A stretch of DNA of 33,523 nt from assembly GCA_013115125.1 (NCBI GenBank), contig JABANN010000387.1, positions 1 to 33,523 on the forward strand, written 5' to 3'. The stretch is from Perkinsus olseni (taxonomy: Eukaryota). This document shows positions 24,507 through 33,523 of the stretch, piece by piece. Made by a program: the position numbers and the translations under genes. Every line of letters begins with the position of its first letter. Positions within the stretch are counted from its first letter, which is position 1. The notes under the pieces were generated by a model. That model searched no databases. It saw only the letters and a list, made by a program, of their open reading frames with translations, and had not been told where the DNA came from.

Positions 24507-24855
24507 CCTTCTACCGCTGCGCCCAAGCAACAGGAAGAAGATCTCAAAGCAAACGGGGAAAAAACTGAAAGTGTATCTTCCATGCTTACGACCTTCCCGC
24601 AGAACGACGTCAACGAGCAGGTATGATCCGGAAAACACACTCCCCTCACACTGACCACCGTTACGCTGCTATTGTACAAGCCACGACCAGTAGCGTTCTA
24701 CCAAGCACTTATCAAAAGATGCCCTCAGTCGTCGACCTCACTTGGGAATAGGCAACTAGAGAACAGGTTAGATCGCAAGACACAAACATCATTAACATGT
24801 GGAGAAGGGCATCAACAGAACACGGCGGAAGGCGCAACCAACGGGAGACATCAGA

Positions 24856-25947
24856 CTAACCTGAACCATCGAATGAGCGGCAGTCAATCCGAACCAAAAT
24901 ATTACCTATTTTCTGTATCTTTGCATCAGCCCTCTCATCTATCGACGAGCGTTTCGTCCTGACCAGCTCAGCGGGATTGTGACTTTCCCTTCCTGTAGGT
25001 GCTTCCACCCTGACCACCTCAATCTTCCTCACCTCGTCCGTACCCCAACTGTCCTTATTCAGAACAATCGACAAGGTGTCTTCCGAAGAGGTGGGGCAGA
25101 TCGCAATACGCGAATGATATCCCCCGAGCATCCCAAGCACCTCGTCAACAGTCACGCCTTCGTAATCTCTCCCATCAGACTTGACGCGCAATTGACAACA
25201 ATCCGCTGCATTCAATGCGCGATACATCCGAGAATCCGACCGATACGCGAAGACTTCGAACTTTACATAACTTGAAGAGACCGCCTCTCCATTGTGAGTG
25301 ACTGTGAACTTCACCTCGCCGTGTCTACCGCCGCGCGAGCCTTCAGTTCGGATCACAACTCGAAGCTTGCTCACGCCATTCCCTTGGGAAGAGTCGTTGA
25401 CATAAAGTCCCGGGTAAATCAGCAGTCTCGGAGGAGCCAAATAGTGAGAAGCATCGTTTCTGCGATGGACCTCTACCACCGTCGGCAGCTGCGTACCATA
25501 ATCCTGTTTGTGGAGAACGACCCGCAGCACCGACGCGAAATCCTCCTTTCTCGTTGGCGGGCAAACAGCGATCGTATCCGAGGTCACTTTCCTGAGTTGC
25601 AGCGGCGCTGACTGCCACGCCCATGGCCTGTATCTCAGCTCCCTGCAATTACGACGACTTAGTAAACCGCCTTCTATCACTCTTACGAGTAGGTTGGGTG
25701 GTGTCGTCGTCATATCCCCATCAGCCGACAGGAAACCAAAGCTAGCCAGAAGAATCCTGTTGCTCTTGGAGATCTCCATTGAGACCTCCACCAGGCCATC
25801 AATACCCGTTACATTGCTCCAATAATACCCAACAGGTGGTTTCCAATTGAGGTATGCTCGGTCTGGGCCGACATACCTATGGCTGGACAAGGTGGATGGT
25901 ACGATCAAGAGAAACGGTGACAAGATCTTGGATTGAAGAGCTCCCAT
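24856..25947 (-). CDS. Orphan two-repeat protein, copy A (MGALQSK...); probable 45-nt intron 24861-24905 just before the stop
   Basis: Long ORF and clear paralog of 28603-29661, with similarity starting at this ATG. Internal repeat: TIAVCP..RVVLHKQDYGTQ..VEV / RIAICP..SIVLNKDSWGTD..IEV. Confidence 0.8.
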   Translation of the reverse strand: MGALQSKILSPFLLIVPSTLSSHRYVGPDRAYLNWKPPVGYYWSNVTGIDGLVEVSMEISKSNRILLASFGFLSADGDMTTTPPNLLVRVIEGGLLSRRNCRELRYRPWAWQSAPLQLRKVTSDTIAVCPPTRKEDFASVLRVVLHKQDYGTQLPTVVEVHRRNDASHYLAPPRLLIYPGLYVNDSSQGNGVSKLRVVIRTEGSRGGRHGEVKFTVTHNGEAVSSSYVKFEVFAYRSDSRMYRALNAADCCQLRVKSDGRDYEGVTVDEVLGMLGGYHSRIAICPTSSEDTLSIVLNKDSWGTDEVRKIEVVRVEAPTGRESHNPAELVRTKRSSIDERADAKIQKIGNILVRIDCRSFDGSG

Positions 25948-26679
25948 TTCGTTATTCAAGGAGAGGCTAACAGCGGAGGAAGCACAGTAAGGAAGGAACA
26001 GCAGGAGCAGCAATCGGAGAGGTAAGAATAGGACCAGCGAGGTTCTTCGGAGAAAATGCGTGCAATAAGTGAGATTGTGAATAGACTGTGACAAGATTGA
26101 CACGAAAGATACGCATGAAGCAAGTTAACCTACGGTGTCCACTGGTACGCGTAAGATTCTCTTCTCAACCCTAGTGGTATTCCCAATAAAAGAAACCCTA
26201 TCTTCGCTCGAGCACAGACAGAAAGGTTCGCAGCGCTCCTTCGGGTAGAGCAAGAGCAGCCAGCCGAGAAGACTTCATTTATCATCCGCACCGCAGTTTG
26301 TGACAAATTACAAACACCAAATGACAGTTCAAGATTCACCACAACTTGTATGCCGTTTATAGTACCACATCACCACCAATCACCATCCACGTCTTGTCTG
26401 ATGGAAGGGGAATGGCGGCTTTCTGTCGTATACCAATATTGGGCTGCTCTCCCGCTTCGACTACTCGACGAGGATAGCCCGACGCTCACCTCGAGGAGAT
26501 CTTCATTACTCCACAGTAGACAAGGCCGAATCTAATCGTCGAATGGCGTTCATTCACGACAGTGTCATCACACTGGACAACGGTACACTACGAATTGTAC
26601 CATGAAACATCTTCTGTGTGAAAGGAAGACTCTCCCGCTAAGCTGTGCTAGACTCCTTTGCATACAAAAGAGGGTGAGT

Positions 26680-27785
26680 GACAACTGGTACGCGCTCGAG
26701 TTCGTACAGACTCTATTTGGTACCCCTTTCATCCATACAACAGTATCCCGTACAATTCCAAGTTGAGACTCCCAACCCGTACAGTGGACACTGTCTAACG
26801 ACAGGGTTGGCAAAAACCGGACTAACCGTCGGTGACTACAATGGTCAATGCGACCTGTGGTCGGCTGGACTAACAGCCCTGGTACTGATCGGATGATCAC
26901 ACCTGGCCGGGAGAAAAGAAACCCGTACAGTGATAAGTTGTACATTGACAGTTCGTACAGTTTCCAGTGATACCAGGGTGGCTGAAGGCTGAGGAAGAAT
27001 CATTCTTCCCCTCCCCAATAACTCCCGTTTTAGCTGCCGGGAATAATGGCCGGCGTGGAAGGGCCCCTTCCGAAGGGGACGAATGGACCTCATTTGGGGA
27101 ACTATCATAAAAATCGCCCTTCGCCCACGAAAACCCAAAATCGGACCCGGAAAAGTTTTCCGGGAAAACGCTTAGGAACCCTTCTGGCAGCCCTCTTGTC
27201 CGCTAGACCAGAGAAAATTAGTGTATTCACCTTCGGCCCTGTCATTTTTCATGATTCATCCGTTCGGGGGTGCGCTCATCGAAGAGCGCAAGTACGGGGG
27301 CCCCTAGTATGCCACTCCGCTATCTAGCCTCTTATCATCATCGACACAACCGGTCGGACCGGTGAGGCACGTTTTCATCGTAGCGGAGGCGTTTTATATG
27401 AACATGATAGCAACAAAGGCAGGAGTCGCTCAGAAATGAAGGTTCGTCGATATTTCATACATAATTTGTATAATTCCCGAAAAGGCAGATATTATTCCCC
27501 GAAATAGCTCCTTTCTTCCCTTCCCCGGGCATATTCCCGGGAACAATGGGAATAATTCCTCATTTTCAGCCACCCTGAGTGATACAGTGTTGCTCAGTAC
27601 AGTATTCCCAGATACAGTTTCAAGCCGTACTGTGATAAGTCGTACAGTATCCAGCCGTACAAGCGGCGGTACTCTATTCGGTACCCCTTTGAGCCATACA
27701 AGAGTAGCTCGTGCAGTTTCAAGCCGTACAGTGATAAGTCGTACAGTATCCGGCCGTACACTGACAACCCGTACACGATCCAGTG
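26680..27785. repeat. CGTACAG-rich repetitive element with internal direct repeats, interrupted by a hAT MITE
   Basis: GTTTCAAGCCGTACWGTGATAAGTCGTACAGTATCCRGCCGTACA at 27617-27661 and 27716-27760. CTCTATTYGGTACCCCTTT..CCATACAA at ~26711 and ~27672. Confidence 0.7.
26974..27577. mobile_element. hAT-like MITE (604 bp) with perfect TIRs and TSD
   Basis: 13-bp perfect TIR CAGGGTGGCTGAA / TTCAGCCACCCTG. Perfect 8-bp TSD AGTGATAC at 26966-26973 and 27578-27585. Subterminal TTCCC/GGGAA repeats and no transposase. Confidence 0.92.
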
Positions 27786-28024
27786 GTAAACGCTTTACCT
27801 GTATGACACATTCTGTACAGCCGCCTCCTCGCGCGTATCGCGGTAATTTTCTACAGGAGTTATTTCGAAGGCAATGACGCCTTAGAAGCCACTCGAGAAT
27901 AAATTCGCTGCCCAAACCAACTCACCTGCCGAGCTTACAGGACCGATTCGACGAATCGCCAATCTGCAGCACAGTGTTCTACCACTACGCCGTAGTAGCC
28001 ACAATTTTCACCCCGTATTACTAC

Positions 28025-28108
28025 CGAACACATTGCCCCTTCTTCGCTTCCATATGATATGGTTGTATCATATAAGCGCAGTCCATCCACATGTAGCCGC
28101 TTTCCGAA
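28025..28108 (-). pseudogene. Dead duplicate of tag exon 1
   Basis: The minus strand reads AATCGWTALI* and then ...GQCVR|GTAGTA. It aligns to tag exon 1 (VARCGWAG...EDYVR|GTAGTA) but has lost the ATG and gained an insertion and a stop. Confidence 0.7.
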
Positions 28109-28602
28109 AGTCAAAAGTCACTTTCGCATTAAACATTCCGCTGCTGTTGAAAATTCAAGGGAGATCTCAAAGCAAATAGCAATCCTGCAAGTGGATCGAT
28201 CTCAACTCAATCACCAGTGAGACCGTCTTCTTGGACAGTTTGTTCTCAGTTGAACAGAACACATGCCCTTCCGCCACAGTGTGGGGTGAGGACGTAAGTG
28301 CTCGAGTTCTGGGGCCCACACCCGCCGGACCAAGGGCTTCGACAGTGGCGCCGTAGAAGCCGCTGCACGCGGCGTCACGCTGCCAGCGTTCTTCCAAGCA
28401 CTTATCACGAGAGGCTCTCAAGTTGAAAGCCTCAACCTTCCAAGCAGGAAGTTCCGACCCACTTGGGGTTAGGCAACTATAGAGCAGGTTTGGTTCTAAG
28501 ACACGTACATCATCAACATGAGGGCACAGGATAAAACACAGCGAGAGGCTACACCGACGCTCCTATGACGTTTAACAAGCAGCCCCCTCCCAAGACATCA
28601 GA

Positions 28603-29661
28603 CTAACCTGAACCATCGAATGAGAGGCAGTCAACCCGAACCAAAATATTACCTATCTTCTGTATCTTTGCATCAGCCCTCTCATCTATCGACGAGCGTT
28701 TCGTCCTGACCAGCTCAGCGGGATTGTGACTTTCCCTTCCTGTTGGTGCTTCCACCCTGACCACCTCAATCGTCCTTACCTCGTCCGTACCCCAACTGTC
28801 CTTATTCAGAACAATCGACAAGGTGTCTTCCGAAGAGGTGGGGCAGATGGCAATACTCGGACGATATCCCCCGAGCATCCCAAGCACCTCATCAACAGTC
28901 GCGAAGTCGACACCATTATCACCACCTGGTTCGGCATGCACTTTGCAGCAATCTGCTACATTCAGTGCGCGAAATAGCGCGTAATTTTTCCGATACGGGA
29001 AAACCTCAAACTTAACAAAGCTGGAAGATCTCACTTCTCCATTCTGAATAACAGTGAGTTTCACTTTGCCTTGTCTCCTGCCGCGGGAACCCTCAGTTCG
29101 GACATCAACTTGAAGCCCGCTCACGCCACCCAGTCGGAGAGAGTCGTTGACGTAAGTTCCCGGGTAGATTAACCGTCGCAAAGGAGCCAAGCCTTTGGGA
29201 ACATCATTCTCCCGACGAACTTCTACTACCGTTGGCAGCTGCGTACCATAATCTTGTTTGTGAAGAACGATCCGGTAAGGCGGTCTGTCCACTTTCCTTC
29301 TTGACGGGCAAACAGCGATCGTATTAGAAGTTACTTTCCCGAGTACCACCAACGGGGACTTCCAGACCCACGGTCTGTGTCTCAGCTCCCAGCAAGTATC
29401 CCTACTTAGTGGACCATCTACTCTCACTCGTACCAGCTCGTTAAGCGGAGTCGTCATCGTCCTCCCATCTCCCGATAGGAAGCCAAAGCTAACCTGAGTA
29501 CAGTTGTTGCTGTCCTGCACAACATCCATCGACAGCTCCGCAAGGCCTTGGACGCCCGTCATATTGCTCCTATAAAACCCAACGGCTGGTTTCAAGCCGC
29601 CACTATAGACCGGTACGATCAGGTGGGCGAGTGGTAACACCTTGGACGGAAGGGTCCCCAT
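28603..29661 (-). CDS. Orphan two-repeat protein, copy B (MGTLPSK...); probable 45-nt intron 28608-28652
   Basis: Long ORF and paralog of copy A, with a nearly identical C-terminal ~85 codons. Confidence 0.8.
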   Translation of the reverse strand: MGTLPSKVLPLAHLIVPVYSGGLKPAVGFYRSNMTGVQGLAELSMDVVQDSNNCTQVSFGFLSGDGRTMTTPLNELVRVRVDGPLSRDTCWELRHRPWVWKSPLVVLGKVTSNTIAVCPSRRKVDRPPYRIVLHKQDYGTQLPTVVEVRRENDVPKGLAPLRRLIYPGTYVNDSLRLGGVSGLQVDVRTEGSRGRRQGKVKLTVIQNGEVRSSSFVKFEVFPYRKNYALFRALNVADCCKVHAEPGGDNGVDFATVDEVLGMLGGYRPSIAICPTSSEDTLSIVLNKDSWGTDEVRTIEVVRVEAPTGRESHNPAELVRTKRSSIDERADAKIQKIGNILVRVDCLSFDGSG

Positions 29662-30220
29662 CTTAGTATTCTCGGGCGAAAACCCAGGAGAAGGAAGCAA
29701 ACACTGTAGAAGTGAGGGAACTGCGAACAACTCCGCGAAAATTATCCAAAGTATGTTGGCGAGAAAACGGAAGGGGAAAATACTGCTAAGTGAGCAGAGA
29801 AGGATTGATAATGCTGCCGCTATTTTGAGGCCTCGACCTTCTCTTTGACAATCAGCTGAAGACGAACCCGCAAGCGAATATTTCGGCATGGAGTGGTATG
29901 ACTGCCGAGAAAGTGTCACGGCAAATTCAACCGCCCAACCAAGTATTGGGTTCGTAAGGAAGATTTTAATCATGGATTGACTAAGACAAGGGCGACTAGA
30001 AGATACGCACAGGTCAACCTACAATGTCCCCTGATAGACGAAAGATTCTCTCCCCAACCACCCACACAAGATTTCCAACAACACAAAACAACCACTGTCT
30101 CCATCACTAGCACACGCAGAAAGAAACGGAGCGCTCCTTCCGGCGGCGAGCACAGTCGACCTGGTACATACTACAAATCTTGCAATCTTGCATTTTCTCA
30201 ACGTTCCTCTGTACCTTCTA

Positions 30221-32742
30221 TCAGCTCTCCTGCGCTGCTGGCTGTGGTTGGCGTTTCTCCGAACGCAGCTTGACGTTGAAGTTGTGCACCCTGGCAATAT
30301 TCACCTGACCGACCAGATTCTCCTCGCACACAGGCCGCTCGCGCGAAGAATAACTCAAGAAGTAACGACGAGAACGATCGAAGTCCTCGAGGAAAATAGC
30401 GGAAAGGAAAAGGAAAAAACAAGGAAACCCAGATAGAATATGTAGCGAGCACTTGCAATGACCGATAAAATTCATTGTAATCGAATAAAAATGAACTCAA
30501 CAACGGTTCGTTCTGCCAGCCATTTCATCAAGACCAGATCCAGATCCCAGGGTCGATTCGACCGACCCGTCACCATCGCCCTCCCCCCAGCTACTACCTC
30601 GGTTGTAGTAATCTGATCTCTAACGACAGCGATCCCCTGTTCCAAGTCCGCCAAACTTTTCCGCGCACTCGAGTCGTTCTCATTCAGGAGGTCCGCTGAG
30701 AATGGTGTCCATATTTTCCTGTTTGGATATTTCCGGAAACCCGAGGCGCTGGGCCACAGTGATGAGTGCTGCTCGACGAGCCATGCTAATAATTTAGAAC
30801 CCCCGATTTTGGACACTGATGGCTTCACGATGCTCAGCCTTTTGCTCGCAATCGTGGAAGCAAGGGAGCCAATTTAAATGAAGAGAAAAACGACCTCCGA
30901 CATATTCGAACGGGGCTCGCACGGTTATCAAGCATGCGCACTACCACTAGAGTAACCCTCTACACACTTACTTGCTTCATCCAGTTTGTACTCCAACAGT
31001 ATGTTGGCTCCCAACCAAAGACAGACCGAATCAATCTCCTACAAAATGAGCCAGACTATCCACCCAGTACCAATCTCGCCATGATCTCGATCTTCATGAA
31101 ACAGAGTGCCCACTACTAAAGACAGTGAATCAACCCCCCCAAAAAAAGACAGGAGCATTGATAACGCTACTCTCCCGCAACCGCCCGCTCGACTTCAGGA
31201 ATCCGATCTCGATCCATCTGACCACCACTTTCTACTCACCCAAGGCGACCCCCCAGCCAATCCGTAGAAGACTGCTTGCGGATAAAACCAAGAAAATTTG
31301 AAATTAAAAAAGCGCACGGATATCGAGGTTCCAAACTGGTTGTCGATTTACCTGTGGATTCACTTTGGCATTGGCGTGAGCGTTGTCAGTGAGAGGGAAG
31401 CGACACCGGTACCTAAACTTGCCCATGAGTAACAAGCCATACCACATTTCCCCCAAATCATTACTCGCCGACCCCCTCCTCTTTCTGTTTCTTCAAATAC
31501 GTAACCGTCTCCTTGGCCTGCTGAATATCCGGCAGCTTCCTCTTAATCGAGCGACGCTGCGACATGAGCTGCTCATTCATATACTGATACCTGCGCGCGC
31601 CACGAAATTACTCTACTACCGAGAAGCCTTGCCCCAGTATAGAGCCGGCTAATTTCGTGGCGCGTGACGATCTTTCCACACTCTTCCTATAATCATCCGG
31701 TTACTCTATCCCCACATACTTGCTGAGAAGCTCCCTGAGCCCGCCAAGGATGGCCATCGGATCTCGCTTAGCGGTGAAGACTTCCACATTCTCCTGACCA
31801 TACAAACAGATATTCTCGCATATCTTAGGTTCACCCACGTCCTCCACAGATTCGACCCAAGGCACAAGCTTCTCTCGCACCATCAGCATCTTAGTTTAGT
31901 CCACCCTCCGGGAATTCGAGCCGCGCAGATTTTCACGAAACCATTTGGTTTTTCTCAGGAAACACGACGACTGTCAAGTTCATTTCTGCAGATATTTTTA
32001 ACATATTTTTATAATTTTATATTGATAATTTTTATATTTTCTGATTTTTGATATTTTTTCCTTGGGACGGCCTATACATCGATCTGGGCCAGCCGCTATC
32101 TTCTCCTGTACTACACCCACTCCACCTAGCAATCGAACTTGCTCGATCGATTGCTCGCGTAATTTTTCCACTTTTAAAATTATTTGTCCACTTCACAATT
32201 TTATGGCTCTTTTGTCGCCAAAGCTTCATCACATTCTGTAGTAAAAGTAACCTCCACCAGGCGAGAATTAACAGAAAAATTTTAATCAAGAAAAGAAGAG
32301 GATGGAGACAGTCGCCCTGCATTCCTTCTCAAACCTGGTCAGGAGACACTCGTATCCTTGAGAGTGCGATGATGAGACGTATCACTATCATGACTGCCTT
32401 CGACGGAACGACTGTGATTTTTTCGTAAGAGAAAGATATCGCCAGATGGGAGGGTGACGGTTATTTCTCTTCATCAGAATTTTTAGACCAGCGGGATAAA
32501 AATATTTCATGCGCGAAAAAAATAGAAAATAAATGGTTTATGAGCTGAAAAATAGTGGAGGTTGAGAAGGGACTTCGCAAAGTGAAAAGATACGCTGACT
32601 TTATTACAATGAATTTGGCTCGTGGGATGTTGCTGTTTGCCTTTCCTTCCTCTGCGGCGCCGTCGGTATCAGCCGAAAGGACCAGCTCGGCAGGGTCGAA
32701 GGGCTCGTACTCGACCTTTTTTGTATCTTGCACGCTGGACAT
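30221..32742 (-). CDS. PFDN3: Prefoldin subunit 3 (VBP1/Gim2); exons 32742-32608, 31793-31720, 31590-31465, 31412-31352, 31038-30972, 30695-30598, 30304-30221
   Basis: The spliced protein IPRAKFI|ENVE...LRELLSK|YQYMNEQL..KRKLPDIQQA...RFPLTDNAHANAKV...VCLWLGANILLEYKLDEA|TDLL..N...RDQITTTE|VNIARVHNFNVK matches the PFDN3 signature. Confidence 0.95.
30893..30958 (-). other. Degenerate tRNA-like sequence (Ala-like) near the start of PFDN3 intron 5
   Basis: The minus strand reads CTAGTGGTAGTGCGCATGCTTGATAACCGTGCGAGCCCCGTTCGAAT (cf. tRNA-Ala TGGTAGAGCGCATGCTT...GTTCGA), followed by a T-run. Confidence 0.45.
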
Positions 32743-32955
32743 TGAGATTCTCTCCCGAAAAGGAACAACGCTGAGCTGTTTAGAGGCGGAATATGCTTAC
32801 CGGCGCCCGGAAAATGCTTCCGGCGCCCGAAAATTTCTTCGCGCGCCCCAAAATTAATACTTCTATGCCCATAAACTACTTTCGAATACCCATGGCGCCT
32901 AAGGCGCCGCTGAGGAGGTTTAATCTCTCTAAATTACGTCCCTTTCCTCTGCAGA
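32743..32955. promoter_or_regulatory. Candidate bidirectional promoter with clustered GGCGCC / GCGCSCSAAAATT (E2F-like) motifs
   Basis: Lies between the PFDN3 start (minus) and a plus-strand pyrimidine-AG acceptor followed by ATG at 32958. Contains CCGGCGCCCG twice, GCGCGCCCCAAAATT and GGCGCC twice more. Confidence 0.45.
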
Positions 32956-32957
32956 AC

Positions 32958-33523
32958 AATGGCAGATGAATTATTGGCCGTCAATGGGAATGGCATCTAT
33001 ATAGTGTAGTCACCCTGTCGTTCGTGTACAAGTTGCCCGGGCGGCGATGGCATTTCCTCGTGCGCGCTCCTGAATCAATCATGCTTGCCTCTAGCCTTTT
33101 TCTTCGGCGTACAACCATTATACACCTCGCGCCCCAAAATCTGACTCACTTTTGTCCCGAAAGATCTCGCCCCAACGGTAGGGGCCCTACCCCAGCTCCT
33201 CAAGGTGGCGCGGGGGTATCTGGTCGTCGCTTCAGTGTCAAGCTCAGCATCGTCCTACTTCCTCCATCCCCTACGAGGAGACGGACTACGCTAAGGTCGT
33301 GGGAAGTCGTACTCGGTAGTAGCGCGATTCTGGTATCCGGACTGTTAATGCAGTAGTCAGAGTGAATGAGAAATACCTTAACCAGGGATCGATGCGCGGT
33401 AGCGCGGGTTCGATACTATATTACTGTGACGCCGGGCGTGCGCGATCCGCAACGGTTGTCCCTTTTTTGTTGTTGAAGTTGTCCTTCCGAGACTCCTTGT
33501 GAGTTCTATTCCGATAGTTGTGA
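32958..33523 (+). CDS. 5' part of a possible divergent multi-exon gene, product unknown
   Basis: CCTTTCCTCTGCAG then ATG GCA GAT GAA (MADELLAV...). Further exon-like segments follow, and it runs off the window. Confidence 0.3.

Noticed and set aside
25948-26103. N-terminal extensions of the 415-aa and 456-aa ORFs (also 29662-29973)
   Set aside because: Protein similarity between the paralogs begins at MG(A/T)LxSK; the extensions are probably 5' UTR or trans-splice region.
27594-27780. Direct repeats resembling a CRISPR array
   Set aside because: Only two to three degenerate units, spacers made of the same motif, no cas genes and a eukaryotic context.

Overview
Eukaryotic, gene-dense genomic DNA (about 50% GC) with many short (about 45-60 nt) GT-AG introns and trinucleotide microsatellites. 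The architecture strongly suggests a Perkinsus-like alveolate; this is inferred, not proven. Hand-splicing gives: a decayed Ty1/copia 3' end with a candidate LTR; two tandem Mei2-like RRM genes, one lacking the hallmark RRM3; a Gln/Pro-rich C2-like membrane protein; a frameshifted GH18 chitinase-like pseudogene; several hypothetical multi-exon genes; a 6-exon DNA-3-methyladenine glycosylase I (tag-like) gene; a tandem duplication carrying a two-repeat orphan protein plus a dead copy of tag exon 1; two hAT-type MITEs; and prefoldin subunit 3. The most unusual signals are non-coding. (i) Many tRNA-derived fragments and Pol III B-boxes lie inside spliceosomal introns. (ii) A sense-strand motif CGTTGAGGAA-n-GCAAGATTGCAAG recurs, mostly in introns. 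(iii) A GCGCCACGAAATT motif family recurs, often as inverted pairs. (iv) Long introns share GTAGTA donors. Exon boundaries were assigned by eye, without transcript data.
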